A stretch of 64,000 nucleotides of DNA from an uncultured Verrucomicrobiae bacterium. GTDB lineage: Bacteria > Verrucomicrobiota > Verrucomicrobiia > Chthoniobacterales > UBA10450. The stretch is from the NCBI GenBank assembly GCA_963735805.1, contig CAVTMK010000004.1, forward strand, positions 64,001-128,000, written 5' to 3'. The notes below the pieces were generated by a model. The model ran no database searches and was not told where the DNA came from. It worked only from the letters and a program-made list of their open reading frames with translations. Position 1 is the stretch's first letter; the number at the start of each line of letters is the position of its first letter. Below are positions 1 to 10,330 of this stretch, piece by piece. The translations under genes were made by a program, and so were the position numbers.

Positions 1-1
1 A

Positions 2-547
2 GCCCTCGTTCTCCTTGTCGCAGCAGAAATGATGTTTGGGATTTCGTCGCATATGTCCGAGAATCTAGGCAGGGGCTCGGAGCTATCAGGAAGAACAGCG
101 CTCTGGACAACCCTCCTGGGATTGCATACCAATCCGATTCTTGGAACGGGATTTGAGAGCTTCTGGTTAGGGAAAAGGGTAGAGCAGTTGGAAGGAATCT
201 TCTATTTTGTTCCAAACGAGGCGCATAACGGCTATTTGGAAACCTATTTGACCTTGGGGGGAATTGGAGTGTTCCTCCTAATTGGACTGTTTATTGCGAC
301 GTTCCGGAAAATTCGCCTTGAGCTTTTTCGGAATTTTGAATGGGGAAGATATCGATTGGGATTCCTCGCGGCATTAATACTGTACAACTGGACAGAAGCA
401 GCCTTCAAAACCTTAAGTCCTCTCTGGTTTGTTTTCTACCTCATAGCTACTGACTACCCGCGAATCCTCCTCGCCAGCGTCCAAGAATCCGATGGGGTTG
501 AGAACACGGAAGAAAGCGGAGAACTGGTGTATGTCGACCAATCCTAG
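2..547 (+). CDS. O-antigen ligase/Wzy-like polymerase, C-terminal part (5' truncated by window)
   Basis: LSGRTALW...PILGTGFESFW...EAHNGYLE motifs typical of the Wzy_C/WaaL family, multiple TM segments. Confidence 0.85.
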   Translation, partial: ALVLLVAAEMMFGISSHMSENLGRGSELSGRTALWTTLLGLHTNPILGTGFESFWLGKRVEQLEGIFYFVPNEAHNGYLETYLTLGGIGVFLLIGLFIATFRKIRLELFRNFEWGRYRLGFLAALILYNWTEAAFKTLSPLWFVFYLIATDYPRILLASVQESDGVENTEESGELVYVDQS

Positions 548-2241
548 ACCGATCCGGAAGCTTCGCTGCCTCCCGACTCGGGCACCGCGCGTTGCGGCTC
601 TGGTTTCACTTACTGCCACTCTAGTCCTCACTGCTTCTGGCCTAACGGCAGCAAGAACAATTAACGCAAACAGCGCATCACAGTCCGATGTTGCGGCCGC
701 TATCGCCTCGGCTGCCGATGGCGACACGGTAACGATACCTGGGGGAACGGCCAGTTGGACTCGCACATTACAAATTAAAAAAGGGATCACGATCCAGGGA
801 GCCGGTGTCGGCGCGACAATCATCAAGGACAGCGTGCAATCCGGACAACTGATTCGATGGACGCTCGCTGCCGGCTATCCGTCGCAGACTGACCGGGATT
901 GAATTTCAAGACGGAGGCAGAGTAAATACGATTGATGCGCCGGGTGGCATACTGCACGTTGACGGCTCGAACACCAACGGCTCTACATTTCGTTTTGACC
1001 ACTGCAAATGGAATAATCTGAATGGCTCGACGGTGTTCGATACCGTGATCGGAGTAATCGATCACAACACGTTCGTTCTCGACAAGTTTGGCTGTGCGAT
1101 CTATCCCTATGGTTCATACTGGAATGGACAGGACTATTGGTGACGGTTCGTGGGCTGCGCCCGCCAACTACGGTTCGTCCCAATTTCTTATTCATCGAGG
1201 ACAACACCTTTACGCATAGCAAGCAAAATCTTGCAGGGAATGATAGACGCATACGCAGGAGCACGATTTGTCGTTCGGCACAATACATTTTTAACGGCCT
1301 TAGTAACCGAATCACGGCACTGAAAGCACGGGACGCACACGCGGCTGTAGAGCAATGGAAGTGTATAATAATCAACTACAGGGGACTAACCTTAACTCAC
1401 AGGTAGGCGGATCACGTTCAGGCGGAATGTTATTTCACGACAATACGATTAGCGGATACTCCGGCAATCTATCAGCTTTCGATCTTCAAAATTATCGAAA
1501 CTTTACCCATTTCTCCTTGGGGCGGCGCTGATGGAACAAATGCTGGGACAAGAACGAGCCTACTGTCTTTTTCACTGGAACGGCAGCAGCAAACAGTTCT
1601 GGTACAAGCGTAACGGTGTCTGGAAACCCTAACTGGAGAACGAACCAATGGGCAGGATACACGATTCGCCGCACCACTGACATTTGTGCACTGGCACTCA
1701 AAGTTACGGCTGGATTACGAGCAACACATCAAATTCTATCAGTTACGCGGGCAACGCCTGGTTATCCGACGCGCCATCGGATACGTCGTTTTGTTCAGGC
1801 GATTCCCTTGAAATCCGTAAAGTAGACCACGCCTTAGATCAACCTGGAACAGGGCGGCGGCTCGTTAATTAGTGGTGAATCCCCCGTGCGACCCGACGCT
1901 GGAATGATCAGGTGATTGAGCCGTGCTACTCATGGAACAACAGGAATGAGGTTAACGGACAAGTCAATTTTGGCGCAGGCCCAGGCGTAATCGCCAATGT
2001 GCATTATTTCAACGACACGCCGATGCCTGGCTACACACCCTATGTTTACCCGCACCCGCTGACGAAAGGTCTGCCGCTACCGAAGCAGGCAACGCGAAAT
2101 GCGAAAGGGAACTCGCAACACAACCTTCGCAAGAAAAGGCAGCCCTGGGGTGGGACAAAGCTAAACCGAGAAAAAGCAAAAAAAGCAAACCAAAGCCCCA
2201 CAAATGAAATGGCTGAAGGGCAGCATAACTCCGGTGACTGA
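531..2241 (+). CDS. Secreted right-handed beta-helix (pectin-lyase-like) protein with basic C-terminal tail; multiply frameshifted
   Basis: Signal peptide then AADGDTVTIPGGT..W..ITIQGAG; ORF pieces 492-902, 1137-1406, 1616-1872 and 1912-2241 are colinear with the paralog at 26960-28420. Confidence 0.7.
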
Positions 2242-2357
2242 ATGCCAGCTACACGTTTTCTTATCCGCAATCTGCTGGTAAGTGGCAGTGGCAGTTTTCC
2301 TCGCGAGTTCAACAACTTTAGAGTCCCTTTCTAATAAGCTTTTCTATTTTTTATAAA

Positions 2358-3557
2358 ATGCAGTCTTCAATTCAGCCTAACGCCGCGGACGCTGGGTTAT
2401 CGACACCTCGGCGCCTCGATAGCGGCGTATCGCCAGATGTGCCAGGGAAAGCGAAATTCTTGCTTGTTGTTTGCTCCGCGCTCGTTATTGCAATCGTGTT
2501 TAATTACTTGGTGGCCTTCTGGATCAAACTGCCAAACTACACCCCGATTTACCGCCGAATTGGGCCTGAGACCGGCCCACAGGTGTTTTGCGCTGGGTCG
2601 TCCCTCCTGCAGTTCGGACTTTCCTGGCCTGAAGTTTCAAAAACCTTAGATCAAGGCATCGAGAGTTGGGGTGTGGCTGCGTCGACGCCATCCGAATGGG
2701 AAGTGTTTCAAACTTTCGCAAAGAACACGAACCTGATGATAATCGGCGTGGACGTCTATGACCTGAATGAGTATCACCTTTGTGAAGGCCGTGCCGACGT
2801 GGTGCCGTTAACACAAACCATTTGGGATCTTTGGCAAAGCAGCCCCGGTTGGCAATTTTCGAAGCGATTGTTGAGTCAATATCCGCTGAGTTACCTCCAA
2901 AAGTTGTTTCCCACCGCGGGAAGCTCGGAAGCGGTCTTGGTGGGACTGCGCAGGCTACTACCCGAGCGATTAAGATCATCCTCGGCTGCCGAGGAGCGCG
3001 CTAATTCCTTGGTACTGCCCCGTGAATCAGTTATGGATTTTGGTGCAACTGATGCAAAGGTAAGTGACTGGACGCCAAGCAGAACTCTTTGGCGACTTGC
3101 TCAGATGCGCAGCGAAACCGGAGGGAAGCATGCGTTCAATGGAGTGAAAAAATCGGCCTTCGAGCGCATGCTCCTTCGGGCTCAGAAGCAGGGCTCCGTC
3201 ATCGTGGTGGTTCTGCCAGTTTCCCCGCTATATGCCCACGAATTCCTAACGCCGGAAGCGGTGCACGACTTCGAAAGCGTTTTGGAGGAAGCCCAGCGTA
3301 TCGATCCCCAAGCCCAGTTTGTGCGCCTTGATAAACTATCTGCTCTAAATTCAGATGAGTGCTTTGGTGACTTGGTGCACCTCAATGGCACCGGAAAACG
3401 AATCGCAACGGATGCATTCCTCAGCTGGCTGAAGCAACGCACTATGGGCCGAGAGTTCCCGCCTGTTCCAACCCGGAGCGCGCTATCTGTTCGAGACAGT
3501 GTTTCTTTTCAAATCTTCAGGCTCGATCTTTCATACCCGGTCTTGCTCGTTTTGTAA
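2358..3557 (+). CDS. Membrane-anchored SGNH/DltD/AlgJ-like protein
   Basis: N-terminal TM, GSS motif, C-terminal D-x-x-H-L-N (GDLVHLNGTG); next to AMP ligase, ACP and MBOAT. Confidence 0.65.
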   Translation: MQSSIQPNAADAGLSTPRRLDSGVSPDVPGKAKFLLVVCSALVIAIVFNYLVAFWIKLPNYTPIYRRIGPETGPQVFCAGSSLLQFGLSWPEVSKTLDQGIESWGVAASTPSEWEVFQTFAKNTNLMIIGVDVYDLNEYHLCEGRADVVPLTQTIWDLWQSSPGWQFSKRLLSQYPLSYLQKLFPTAGSSEAVLVGLRRLLPERLRSSSAAEERANSLVLPRESVMDFGATDAKVSDWTPSRTLWRLAQMRSETGGKHAFNGVKKSAFERMLLRAQKQGSVIVVVLPVSPLYAHEFLTPEAVHDFESVLEEAQRIDPQAQFVRLDKLSALNSDECFGDLVHLNGTGKRIATDAFLSWLKQRTMGREFPPVPTRSALSVRDSVSFQIFRLDLSYPVLLVL

Positions 3558-3584
3558 TTGGCCATCTCAATCCAGAGCTTTGCT

Positions 3585-5363
3585 ATGACAAAAGAACTCG
3601 GTAACGAAAATGATGTAATCTGGAATCGATGGTGTAAGAACGCTGAAAGAGTCCCCCACCGGGACGCGATCATTCATTGGGTCGCGGGAGAAGAGCCGTT
3701 CAGGTGGACGTTCTCTTCTTTAATCGACACTGCGGAATGCCTGGCGGCAAGGTTGGTTGACCGCGGTATCGGTAAAGGTGATGTCTGCGCCATCATTATG
3801 CGGCACAACAGAATTTTGTACCCGCTTTATCTTGCGATGGTTCGTGTGGGTGCGATCCCCGCAATACTGGCATATCCGAATCCGCGTTTGCATCCCGATA
3901 AGTTCCGGCAAGGCATTGACGGTATGTCTTCACACTCGGGTCTCGATTGGGTTTTCACTGAACGTGATCTTGAGGAAACTCTTCGCCCTTCTCTCGAAAG
4001 CTCAGGCAGCACGATTAAGGGTCTGCATTTCCCCCTGGAATGGAAAACTGGACCTGCGTCAACGAAAGGACAGCAAGCTCGCGTTATTACTCGGCACAAC
4101 AGGGTGAAACGTGATGACCCTTTGTTACTTCAGCATTCGTCTGGAACCACTGGACTGCAAAAGCCCGTGTTATTATCACACCGTGCGGTATTAGAGCATG
4201 TCAAATACTACGGGCGGGCAATTGGATTGAATGAGAATGACAAAATTGTGAGTTGGCTCCCTTTATATCACGATATGGGACTGATAGCAGCGTTTCATCT
4301 GCCACTCGCGTTCGGGATACCAACTGTTCAAATAGACCCTTTCGAATGGGTGATGGCACCATCGCTTTTGCTCGATGCAGTCTCGCGGGAGCGTGGAACG
4401 ATTTCCTGGCTTCCGAACTTTGCCTATAATATGATGGCCAACAAGATCGCTGACGATGAACTTGACGGCATCAGTCTTGAGAGTTGGAGACTTATTATCA
4501 ACTGTAGCGAACCGGTTAGACACGAAAGCCATCAAAGGTTCGTGCAGAAATTCCAGCACTGCGGCCTTAATCCTTTGGCCATGTCATCGTGTTATGCGAT
4601 GGCCGAAACAACATTTGCGACAACACAGACACCGCCGGGAACGCCACCCTCAATGTTGGCCCTCGATAGGATTGCGCTGGCACAGGGAAAGGTCAAAATT
4701 GCCGAGCATGCAGGCCGAGCCAAGATATGTGTTTCATCGGGCAAAACAATCGCCGGTTGCCAAGTGAGAATCGTCGATGAAAACCGTCAGGATGCTGGCG
4801 ATAGGACGATTGGGGAGATAGTGATTAGGTCGAGATCGATGTTTGATGGTTACAGGAACTATCTGGAAAAGACAAGGGAGGTGTTGTGTGATGGGTGGTA
4901 TTACAGCGGCGATTATGGATTCGTTAACCGTGGCGACTACTACGTAATTGGGAGGAAAAAGGACATGATTATCGTAGCCGGGAACAATATTTATCCTGAG
5001 GACGTGGAAGATGTCGTGGGCAAGGTGGAAGGCGTAATTCCAGGAAGGGTAATTGCCTTTGGGGAAGAAAATAGAGAGTTGGGCACTGAGTACGTATCAG
5101 TGCTCGCGGAGAGCGACATAACCGACGATGAAAGCCAGAGGAAGTTGAAAATGAATATAATCGAGGCAGCAATGGCAATCGATGTGTCCATAACAAATAT
5201 CTATCTTGTTCCGCCGCGTTGGCTGATCAAAAGTTCTGCAGGAAAACCAAGCAGAAAAGCGAACAAGGAAAGAATCTTATCAAGCAGTGAGACAAGGAGG
5301 TCTGAAACCGATGATTACGCAGGAATTGAAGCGCGTTATACTAACGGCGCTCAAGTTGGATGA
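3585..5363 (+). CDS. Acyl-AMP ligase (FAAL-like adenylate-forming enzyme)
   Basis: HSSGTTGLQK P-loop, WLPLYHDMGLI, YAMAE, SGDYG, GRKKD, KSSAGK motifs. Confidence 0.9.
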   Translation: MTKELGNENDVIWNRWCKNAERVPHRDAIIHWVAGEEPFRWTFSSLIDTAECLAARLVDRGIGKGDVCAIIMRHNRILYPLYLAMVRVGAIPAILAYPNPRLHPDKFRQGIDGMSSHSGLDWVFTERDLEETLRPSLESSGSTIKGLHFPLEWKTGPASTKGQQARVITRHNRVKRDDPLLLQHSSGTTGLQKPVLLSHRAVLEHVKYYGRAIGLNENDKIVSWLPLYHDMGLIAAFHLPLAFGIPTVQIDPFEWVMAPSLLLDAVSRERGTISWLPNFAYNMMANKIADDELDGISLESWRLIINCSEPVRHESHQRFVQKFQHCGLNPLAMSSCYAMAETTFATTQTPPGTPPSMLALDRIALAQGKVKIAEHAGRAKICVSSGKTIAGCQVRIVDENRQDAGDRTIGEIVIRSRSMFDGYRNYLEKTREVLCDGWYYSGDYGFVNRGDYYVIGRKKDMIIVAGNNIYPEDVEDVVGKVEGVIPGRVIAFGEENRELGTEYVSVLAESDITDDESQRKLKMNIIEAAMAIDVSITNIYLVPPRWLIKSSAGKPSRKANKERILSSSETRRSETDDYAGIEARYTNGAQVG

Positions 5364-5550
5364 TTGGGATATCAAGGATGATACGATCGCAGTCCAGGTT
5401 CCGGGTTGGGATTCCTTGAATCATGTGAATGTTATTCTTGCTGTAGAAAACCATTTCCGTGTCCGTTTTAAACCTGTCGAGGTCTTAAAGCTTAAAAATA
5501 TCGGTGATCTGCAGCGGTTGCTGACTTCAAAACTGCAAACACCGGGTTGA
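5311..5550 (+). CDS. Acyl carrier protein
   Basis: 79 aa, GWDSL phosphopantetheine motif; AGGAGG upstream. Confidence 0.9.
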   Translation: MITQELKRVILTALKLDDWDIKDDTIAVQVPGWDSLNHVNVILAVENHFRVRFKPVEVLKLKNIGDLQRLLTSKLQTPG

Positions 5551-5717
5551 ATATCGGCGCTCAGCTTTTCGTGGATTTAAGAGTGCTAAACCCTGGAGTC
5601 ACTCATTGAGCTACGAAGGTGAAGCGGGGCCAATGATGTGGCCCGATTGGCCGAGTGTAGCCCTATGCCCGACATGGGGATCATTTCCAGCCTCCTCGTA
5701 AAGGTGCTCGCGCAATT

Positions 5718-7151
5718 ATGAATTTTACCTCATTTGAATTTCTATGCTTCTTTGTGGCAGTTATATTGCTGCTGAGTTGTATGCGCGGCCTCAGCGCACA
5801 GAAATGGCTACTGTTAGCGGCAAGCTACTGTTTCTATCTTACCTGGAGTGTACCATGCATTGCATTGTTAATTTTTACTTCGCTGTCGGATTACTATATC
5901 GGGCGCAAGCTGGGCCAGACTGAGAATCCAATTCATCGAAAACGGCTGCTTGTCTGCAGCCTTGTGGCCAACTTAGGGCTGCTGGGATTCTTCAAGTACA
6001 GTAACTTTGTTCTTGAAAATATTTGGCTCGTCCTGAGCGCGTTGGGCATGCATTTCCATCGCCCTCATTACGATATTATTCTGCCACCGGCCATCTCTTA
6101 CTTTACCTTTGCCAGCATGAGCTACGTGCTGGACGTTTATTATGAGCGCATCCACCCGACTCGCAGCCTTAGGGATTATTCGCTCTTCATTTCCTTTTTT
6201 CCAAAGCTGCTCGCCGGCCCCATCATGCGCGCGGGCGACTTCCTGTCGCAAGTGCAGCAGCGCCTTTACGCAAATGCCGCGGCAATCGAATCCGGTCTGT
6301 TTTATCTCCTGCTGGGAGCTGTGAAGAAATTGGTCATCTCCGATCAGGTTGCCGGTCCTGTTAATTTAATCTTTTCATCGCCAGGCCAATATGATGGGCT
6401 GACCCTTTTGCTGGGTGCTCTCGGTTACGCCGTTCAGATTTATTGTGATTTCTCAGGCTATTCCGATATGGCGATCGGCTCGGCACTCTTGCTCGGTTTG
6501 AAACTTCCCGAGAATTTTCAGATGCCGTACAGCTCAGTGACAATCACTGAGTTTTGGCGTCGATGGCATATTACTCTATCTGCCTGGTTTCGCGATTACG
6601 TTTTCATACCGATGGAGATCGCAAGAAAAAATGCTCGAAGTGCCGCCCTTCGCACGACGATCAGTCTCATGGCCACCATGCTTCTTTGTGGGTTGTGGCA
6701 CGGTGCAGGTTGGACCTTTGTAATCTGGGGCGGAATCCACGGGATGGCACTGGCAGTTCATAGAGCCTGGATGACGTGGAATCCCTTATCTGAATTAGCG
6801 GATCGCCCTGTCTTCCGAGCGGTGTGGACGTTGTTCTCGCGTTTCCTCACACTCAGTATCGTGCTGGTAGCTTGGGTCTTCTTCCGTGCTCAATCTTTTG
6901 CCGATGCAGGCACGTATCTGAGCCGTATGCTGTCGTGGAGCCATGGTGTCCGGTGGGTCTCGCCTTATATTCTCCTGGCGCTAGCCGCGGTATTCTTTAC
7001 GGCCCTGCTTGTGAATAAGGATCGAAACTGGGCGCAGGAACTCCCCGAGCGCGCCGTTCCCGTGCGGATTACGGCCTATGCGGCGCTGGTGGTGTTGCTC
7101 AGCTTTTTTGGAGCAACCAGCGCCGTACCGTTTATATATTTCCAGTTTTAA
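5718..7151 (+). CDS. MBOAT O-acyltransferase (AlgI/DltB family)
   Basis: FFKY, P..ISYFTF, DFSGYSDMAIG, FWRRWHITLS, GLWHGA, ends FIYFQF. Confidence 0.95.
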   Translation: MNFTSFEFLCFFVAVILLLSCMRGLSAQKWLLLAASYCFYLTWSVPCIALLIFTSLSDYYIGRKLGQTENPIHRKRLLVCSLVANLGLLGFFKYSNFVLENIWLVLSALGMHFHRPHYDIILPPAISYFTFASMSYVLDVYYERIHPTRSLRDYSLFISFFPKLLAGPIMRAGDFLSQVQQRLYANAAAIESGLFYLLLGAVKKLVISDQVAGPVNLIFSSPGQYDGLTLLLGALGYAVQIYCDFSGYSDMAIGSALLLGLKLPENFQMPYSSVTITEFWRRWHITLSAWFRDYVFIPMEIARKNARSAALRTTISLMATMLLCGLWHGAGWTFVIWGGIHGMALAVHRAWMTWNPLSELADRPVFRAVWTLFSRFLTLSIVLVAWVFFRAQSFADAGTYLSRMLSWSHGVRWVSPYILLALAAVFFTALLVNKDRNWAQELPERAVPVRITAYAALVVLLSFFGATSAVPFIYFQF

Positions 7152-7188
7152 GCGGCTGTTTATTACGATAAAAGAAACGACGACCCGC

Positions 7189-8241
7189 ATGAATTCGGAA
7201 TACATTGTGTCCTTAGATGATCGTATTTTGGTCACCGGATCTAATGGTTTCATTGGAACCAAAGTCGTTGAAATCCTCCTCGAGTATGGCTTTTCCAACA
7301 TACGTTGCTTCGTTAGATCGCCCAGCCGAATTGGTCGCCTTCAACAGGCACTGGGTTCCGTCGATGCCGGAAGAAATGTTGAGATCGTTACCGGCGATCT
7401 CCTTTCATGCGAGGACTGCCGAAAAGCCACGCAGGATGTTTCCATAATCATCCATCTTGCCGCGGGGATCGAGAAATCGTTCGCCGGGGCATTCATGAAT
7501 TCTGCCCTGGCTACGCGCAATTTGCTGGATGCATTTCTCGAAGTGGGAAAGCCAAGGCGGTTCGTGAATGTCAGTTCCTTTGCGGTTTATTCCAATTTGA
7601 GCTTAAAGCATAACAGTCTTCTTGATGAAACCTGTCCGTTGGAAACGGCTTCGCAGGAGCGATTCGACGCCTACGGTTTTGGGAAACTTAAACAGGAAGA
7701 AATTGTCCGGGAATACGCGGAAAGATACCGGCTGCCTTGTGTGACGCTGAGGCCAGGTTACGTTTTCGGAGCTGGCAAACAGGAGTTAAACGGCCGCGTT
7801 GGAATCAAGATTTTCGGACCGTTTATCCAGGTAAACAGCTCGAATCTTTTGCCACTGACCTATGTCGATAATTGCGCCGAAGCAATTGCTCTCGCTGGTC
7901 TCACTCCGGGAATCGATGGTGAAGTCTTTAATGTTGTTGATGATGACCTCCTCACTGCTCGCCAGTTTCTCAAAACCTACAAAGCAGCCAGGCCCTTTCG
8001 GTCGATCAGCGTTCCGTACTGGGTTGCTTATAGCGCATGCTATGCCTGGGAAAAATACTCGAACTGGTCACAGGGCCAGCTTCCGCCTGCTTTTAACCGC
8101 CGCCGCTGCGCGGCCAATTGGAAAAGTCAGTGCTACTCGAACGAGAAACTCAAAACCCGACTGGGTTGGAAGCCACGTGTGCCCATGAAGCAGGCCATGG
8201 AAACATTCCTTGCGCAGTTCGGAACAAAGAACGGGGCCTGA
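7189..8241 (+). CDS. NAD-dependent epimerase/dehydratase
   Basis: TGSNGFIG Rossmann motif, YxxxK (YGFGK). Confidence 0.9.
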   Translation: MNSEYIVSLDDRILVTGSNGFIGTKVVEILLEYGFSNIRCFVRSPSRIGRLQQALGSVDAGRNVEIVTGDLLSCEDCRKATQDVSIIIHLAAGIEKSFAGAFMNSALATRNLLDAFLEVGKPRRFVNVSSFAVYSNLSLKHNSLLDETCPLETASQERFDAYGFGKLKQEEIVREYAERYRLPCVTLRPGYVFGAGKQELNGRVGIKIFGPFIQVNSSNLLPLTYVDNCAEAIALAGLTPGIDGEVFNVVDDDLLTARQFLKTYKAARPFRSISVPYWVAYSACYAWEKYSNWSQGQLPPAFNRRRCAANWKSQCYSNEKLKTRLGWKPRVPMKQAMETFLAQFGTKNGA

Positions 8242-8246
8242 TCAAG

Positions 8247-9410
8247 ATGCTTCGTGTCACAATAGTGGGTTGCGGGAAAATCGCCGATCAGCATGTACAT
8301 GCTATCCGGCGAATCCCGGATTGCAGCATCGTTGCAGTTTGCGATCAGGAACCGCTCATGGCGCAGCAGCTTGCCGAGCGTTTCAAGATTCCGGGTGTTT
8401 TCTCGAATGCTCAGGAGATGTTGAAGGCCGTTTCACCCGATGTTGTTCACATCACTACGCCGCCACAGAGCCACTACATACTGGCGAGAGAATGCCTGGA
8501 GGCGGGAAGCCACGTCTATCTGGAGAAACCTTTTACGGTCACCAGCGAGGAGGCGGAATCATTAATCGAGCTCGCTGAACATCAGAACATCAAGATCACT
8601 GCGGGCCATAATCTTCAGTTTACGCTCGAGATGCTGGAAATGCGGCGCCTGATGAGAGAAGGTTTCGTGGGTGGACAGCCGGCGCATTTAGAGAGTTACT
8701 TTTCCTATGACTTAGGCGACCCGACGTACGCAAAAAGTCTTTTGCAAGACCAAAACCATTGGGTGCGAAAGCTACCCGGTGGCTTGCTCCACAATATCAT
8801 CAGTCATGGCGTAGCCAAGCTTGCCGAATTTCTTGATGACGATGTAACGGAGGTCACGGCGATTGCAGGCCAAAGTCCGCTAGTTAAGAGCTTGGGTGAC
8901 GAACGGATCCTGGACGAATTAAGGGTGTTGCTTCGAGATAAAACAGGCAGGACTGCATCGTTCTGTTTTTCGACACAACTCAAAGGGCTCAACCAGTTGC
9001 GTCTCTATGGTCCGGAAGGTTCAATCGTCGTCGATCACATCAGCGGTACCGTTGTTCGAAACAAGTATCGACCCTGCAAGAGTTATTTAAGCTATTTCGT
9101 ACCGCCGCTTCGGGCTGCCCGCGAGCACCTCAGGAACGCGCGCATCAACGTCACCAATTTTGTTCGGCAGCGGCTTTACCAGGACTCCGGAATGAAGGAG
9201 TTCATTGAGCGTTTTTACAACAGCGTCCGAGATGGCACTCCACCGCCTATCCTTTACCGTGAGATCATCCTCACCGCTCGTATCATGGATGAGATCTTCG
9301 TCCAAATCTATGGCGGGCAGAAGCCGGAAGATAAACAAAACACGACAGAAACCAGGCGAAACGTTACTGCCTTCGATATTCCATTGTCAGTCATCGGCCA
9401 TCAATCATGA
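8247..9410 (+). CDS. Gfo/Idh/MocA oxidoreductase
   Basis: VGCGKIA, HITTPPQSH, HVYLEKP motifs. Confidence 0.9.
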   Translation: MLRVTIVGCGKIADQHVHAIRRIPDCSIVAVCDQEPLMAQQLAERFKIPGVFSNAQEMLKAVSPDVVHITTPPQSHYILARECLEAGSHVYLEKPFTVTSEEAESLIELAEHQNIKITAGHNLQFTLEMLEMRRLMREGFVGGQPAHLESYFSYDLGDPTYAKSLLQDQNHWVRKLPGGLLHNIISHGVAKLAEFLDDDVTEVTAIAGQSPLVKSLGDERILDELRVLLRDKTGRTASFCFSTQLKGLNQLRLYGPEGSIVVDHISGTVVRNKYRPCKSYLSYFVPPLRAAREHLRNARINVTNFVRQRLYQDSGMKEFIERFYNSVRDGTPPPILYREIILTARIMDEIFVQIYGGQKPEDKQNTTETRRNVTAFDIPLSVIGHQS

Positions 9411-10324
9411 AGTACGTCCTGATCACTCCCGCCCATAATGAAGAGCGTCTCATTCCGAAGACGCTTGAATCGATGGTTGCACAGACGTTGTTACCCGAAC
9501 GTTGGGTCATCGTCAACGATGGCTCGACCGATAAGACCGCGGAGATCGCTACCGATTATGCGCAACGTTTTCCATGGATCGAGGTCGTTAACCGTTCGCC
9601 GCGTTTGGATCGGCATTTTGGAGCCAAGGTTCACGCCTTTAACGCGGGGCTGGAGCGAATTGGGTCGATTGATTTTGACGTAATCGGGAATCTCGACGCA
9701 GACATTTCGTTCGATCCCGAATACCTGAGTTTTTTGATACGGAAGTTTTCCGAGGATCCCAAGCTCGGAGTAGCCGGGACTCCCTTTACTGAGGGAGGTG
9801 GTTATGATTCGACCAGGGATAGCTTTGAAGGCGAAAATCATGTGGCCGGAGGATGTCAGCTTTTCCGGCGCCGTTGCTTTGAGGAAGTAGGCGGTTACAT
9901 CCCTAACCCAGGGGGAGGAGTTGACTGGATTGCGGTCACTACGGCGCGGATGAAAGGATGGAAAACGCGGTCATTTCCTGAAAAACGGTTCCATCATTAC
10001 CGAACACTGGGTACGGCGGGAAGGAGCAGAACAGCAGCCAGCTTTTCGTATGGCCAAAAGGACTATTACTTAGGCGGTTCACCTTTGTGGCAGCTCTTCC
10101 GTGTGGCCTACCGCTCCACTAAGCAACCACTCGACGGTGCAGCGCTTCTTTCCGGTTACTGTTGGGCAGCCGCCCGGAGGATGGAACGGCCAGTCTCCCG
10201 TGACTTGATGCGATTTCATCGCCACGAACAGATGAGAAAGCTGCGGAACATTTTCTCCAGCCTGTTGAAGCTCCGAAAGATCAACAACTTTCATGCGGAA
10301 ATCGGCCAACAGGAGGCTCGGTAA
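9407..10324 (+). CDS. Glycosyltransferase family 2
   Basis: ITPAHNEE, VNDGSTD, LDADI. Confidence 0.92.
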   Translation: MKYVLITPAHNEERLIPKTLESMVAQTLLPERWVIVNDGSTDKTAEIATDYAQRFPWIEVVNRSPRLDRHFGAKVHAFNAGLERIGSIDFDVIGNLDADISFDPEYLSFLIRKFSEDPKLGVAGTPFTEGGGYDSTRDSFEGENHVAGGCQLFRRRCFEEVGGYIPNPGGGVDWIAVTTARMKGWKTRSFPEKRFHHYRTLGTAGRSRTAASFSYGQKDYYLGGSPLWQLFRVAYRSTKQPLDGAALLSGYCWAAARRMERPVSRDLMRFHRHEQMRKLRNIFSSLLKLRKINNFHAEIGQQEAR

Positions 10325-10330
10325 GAATAA

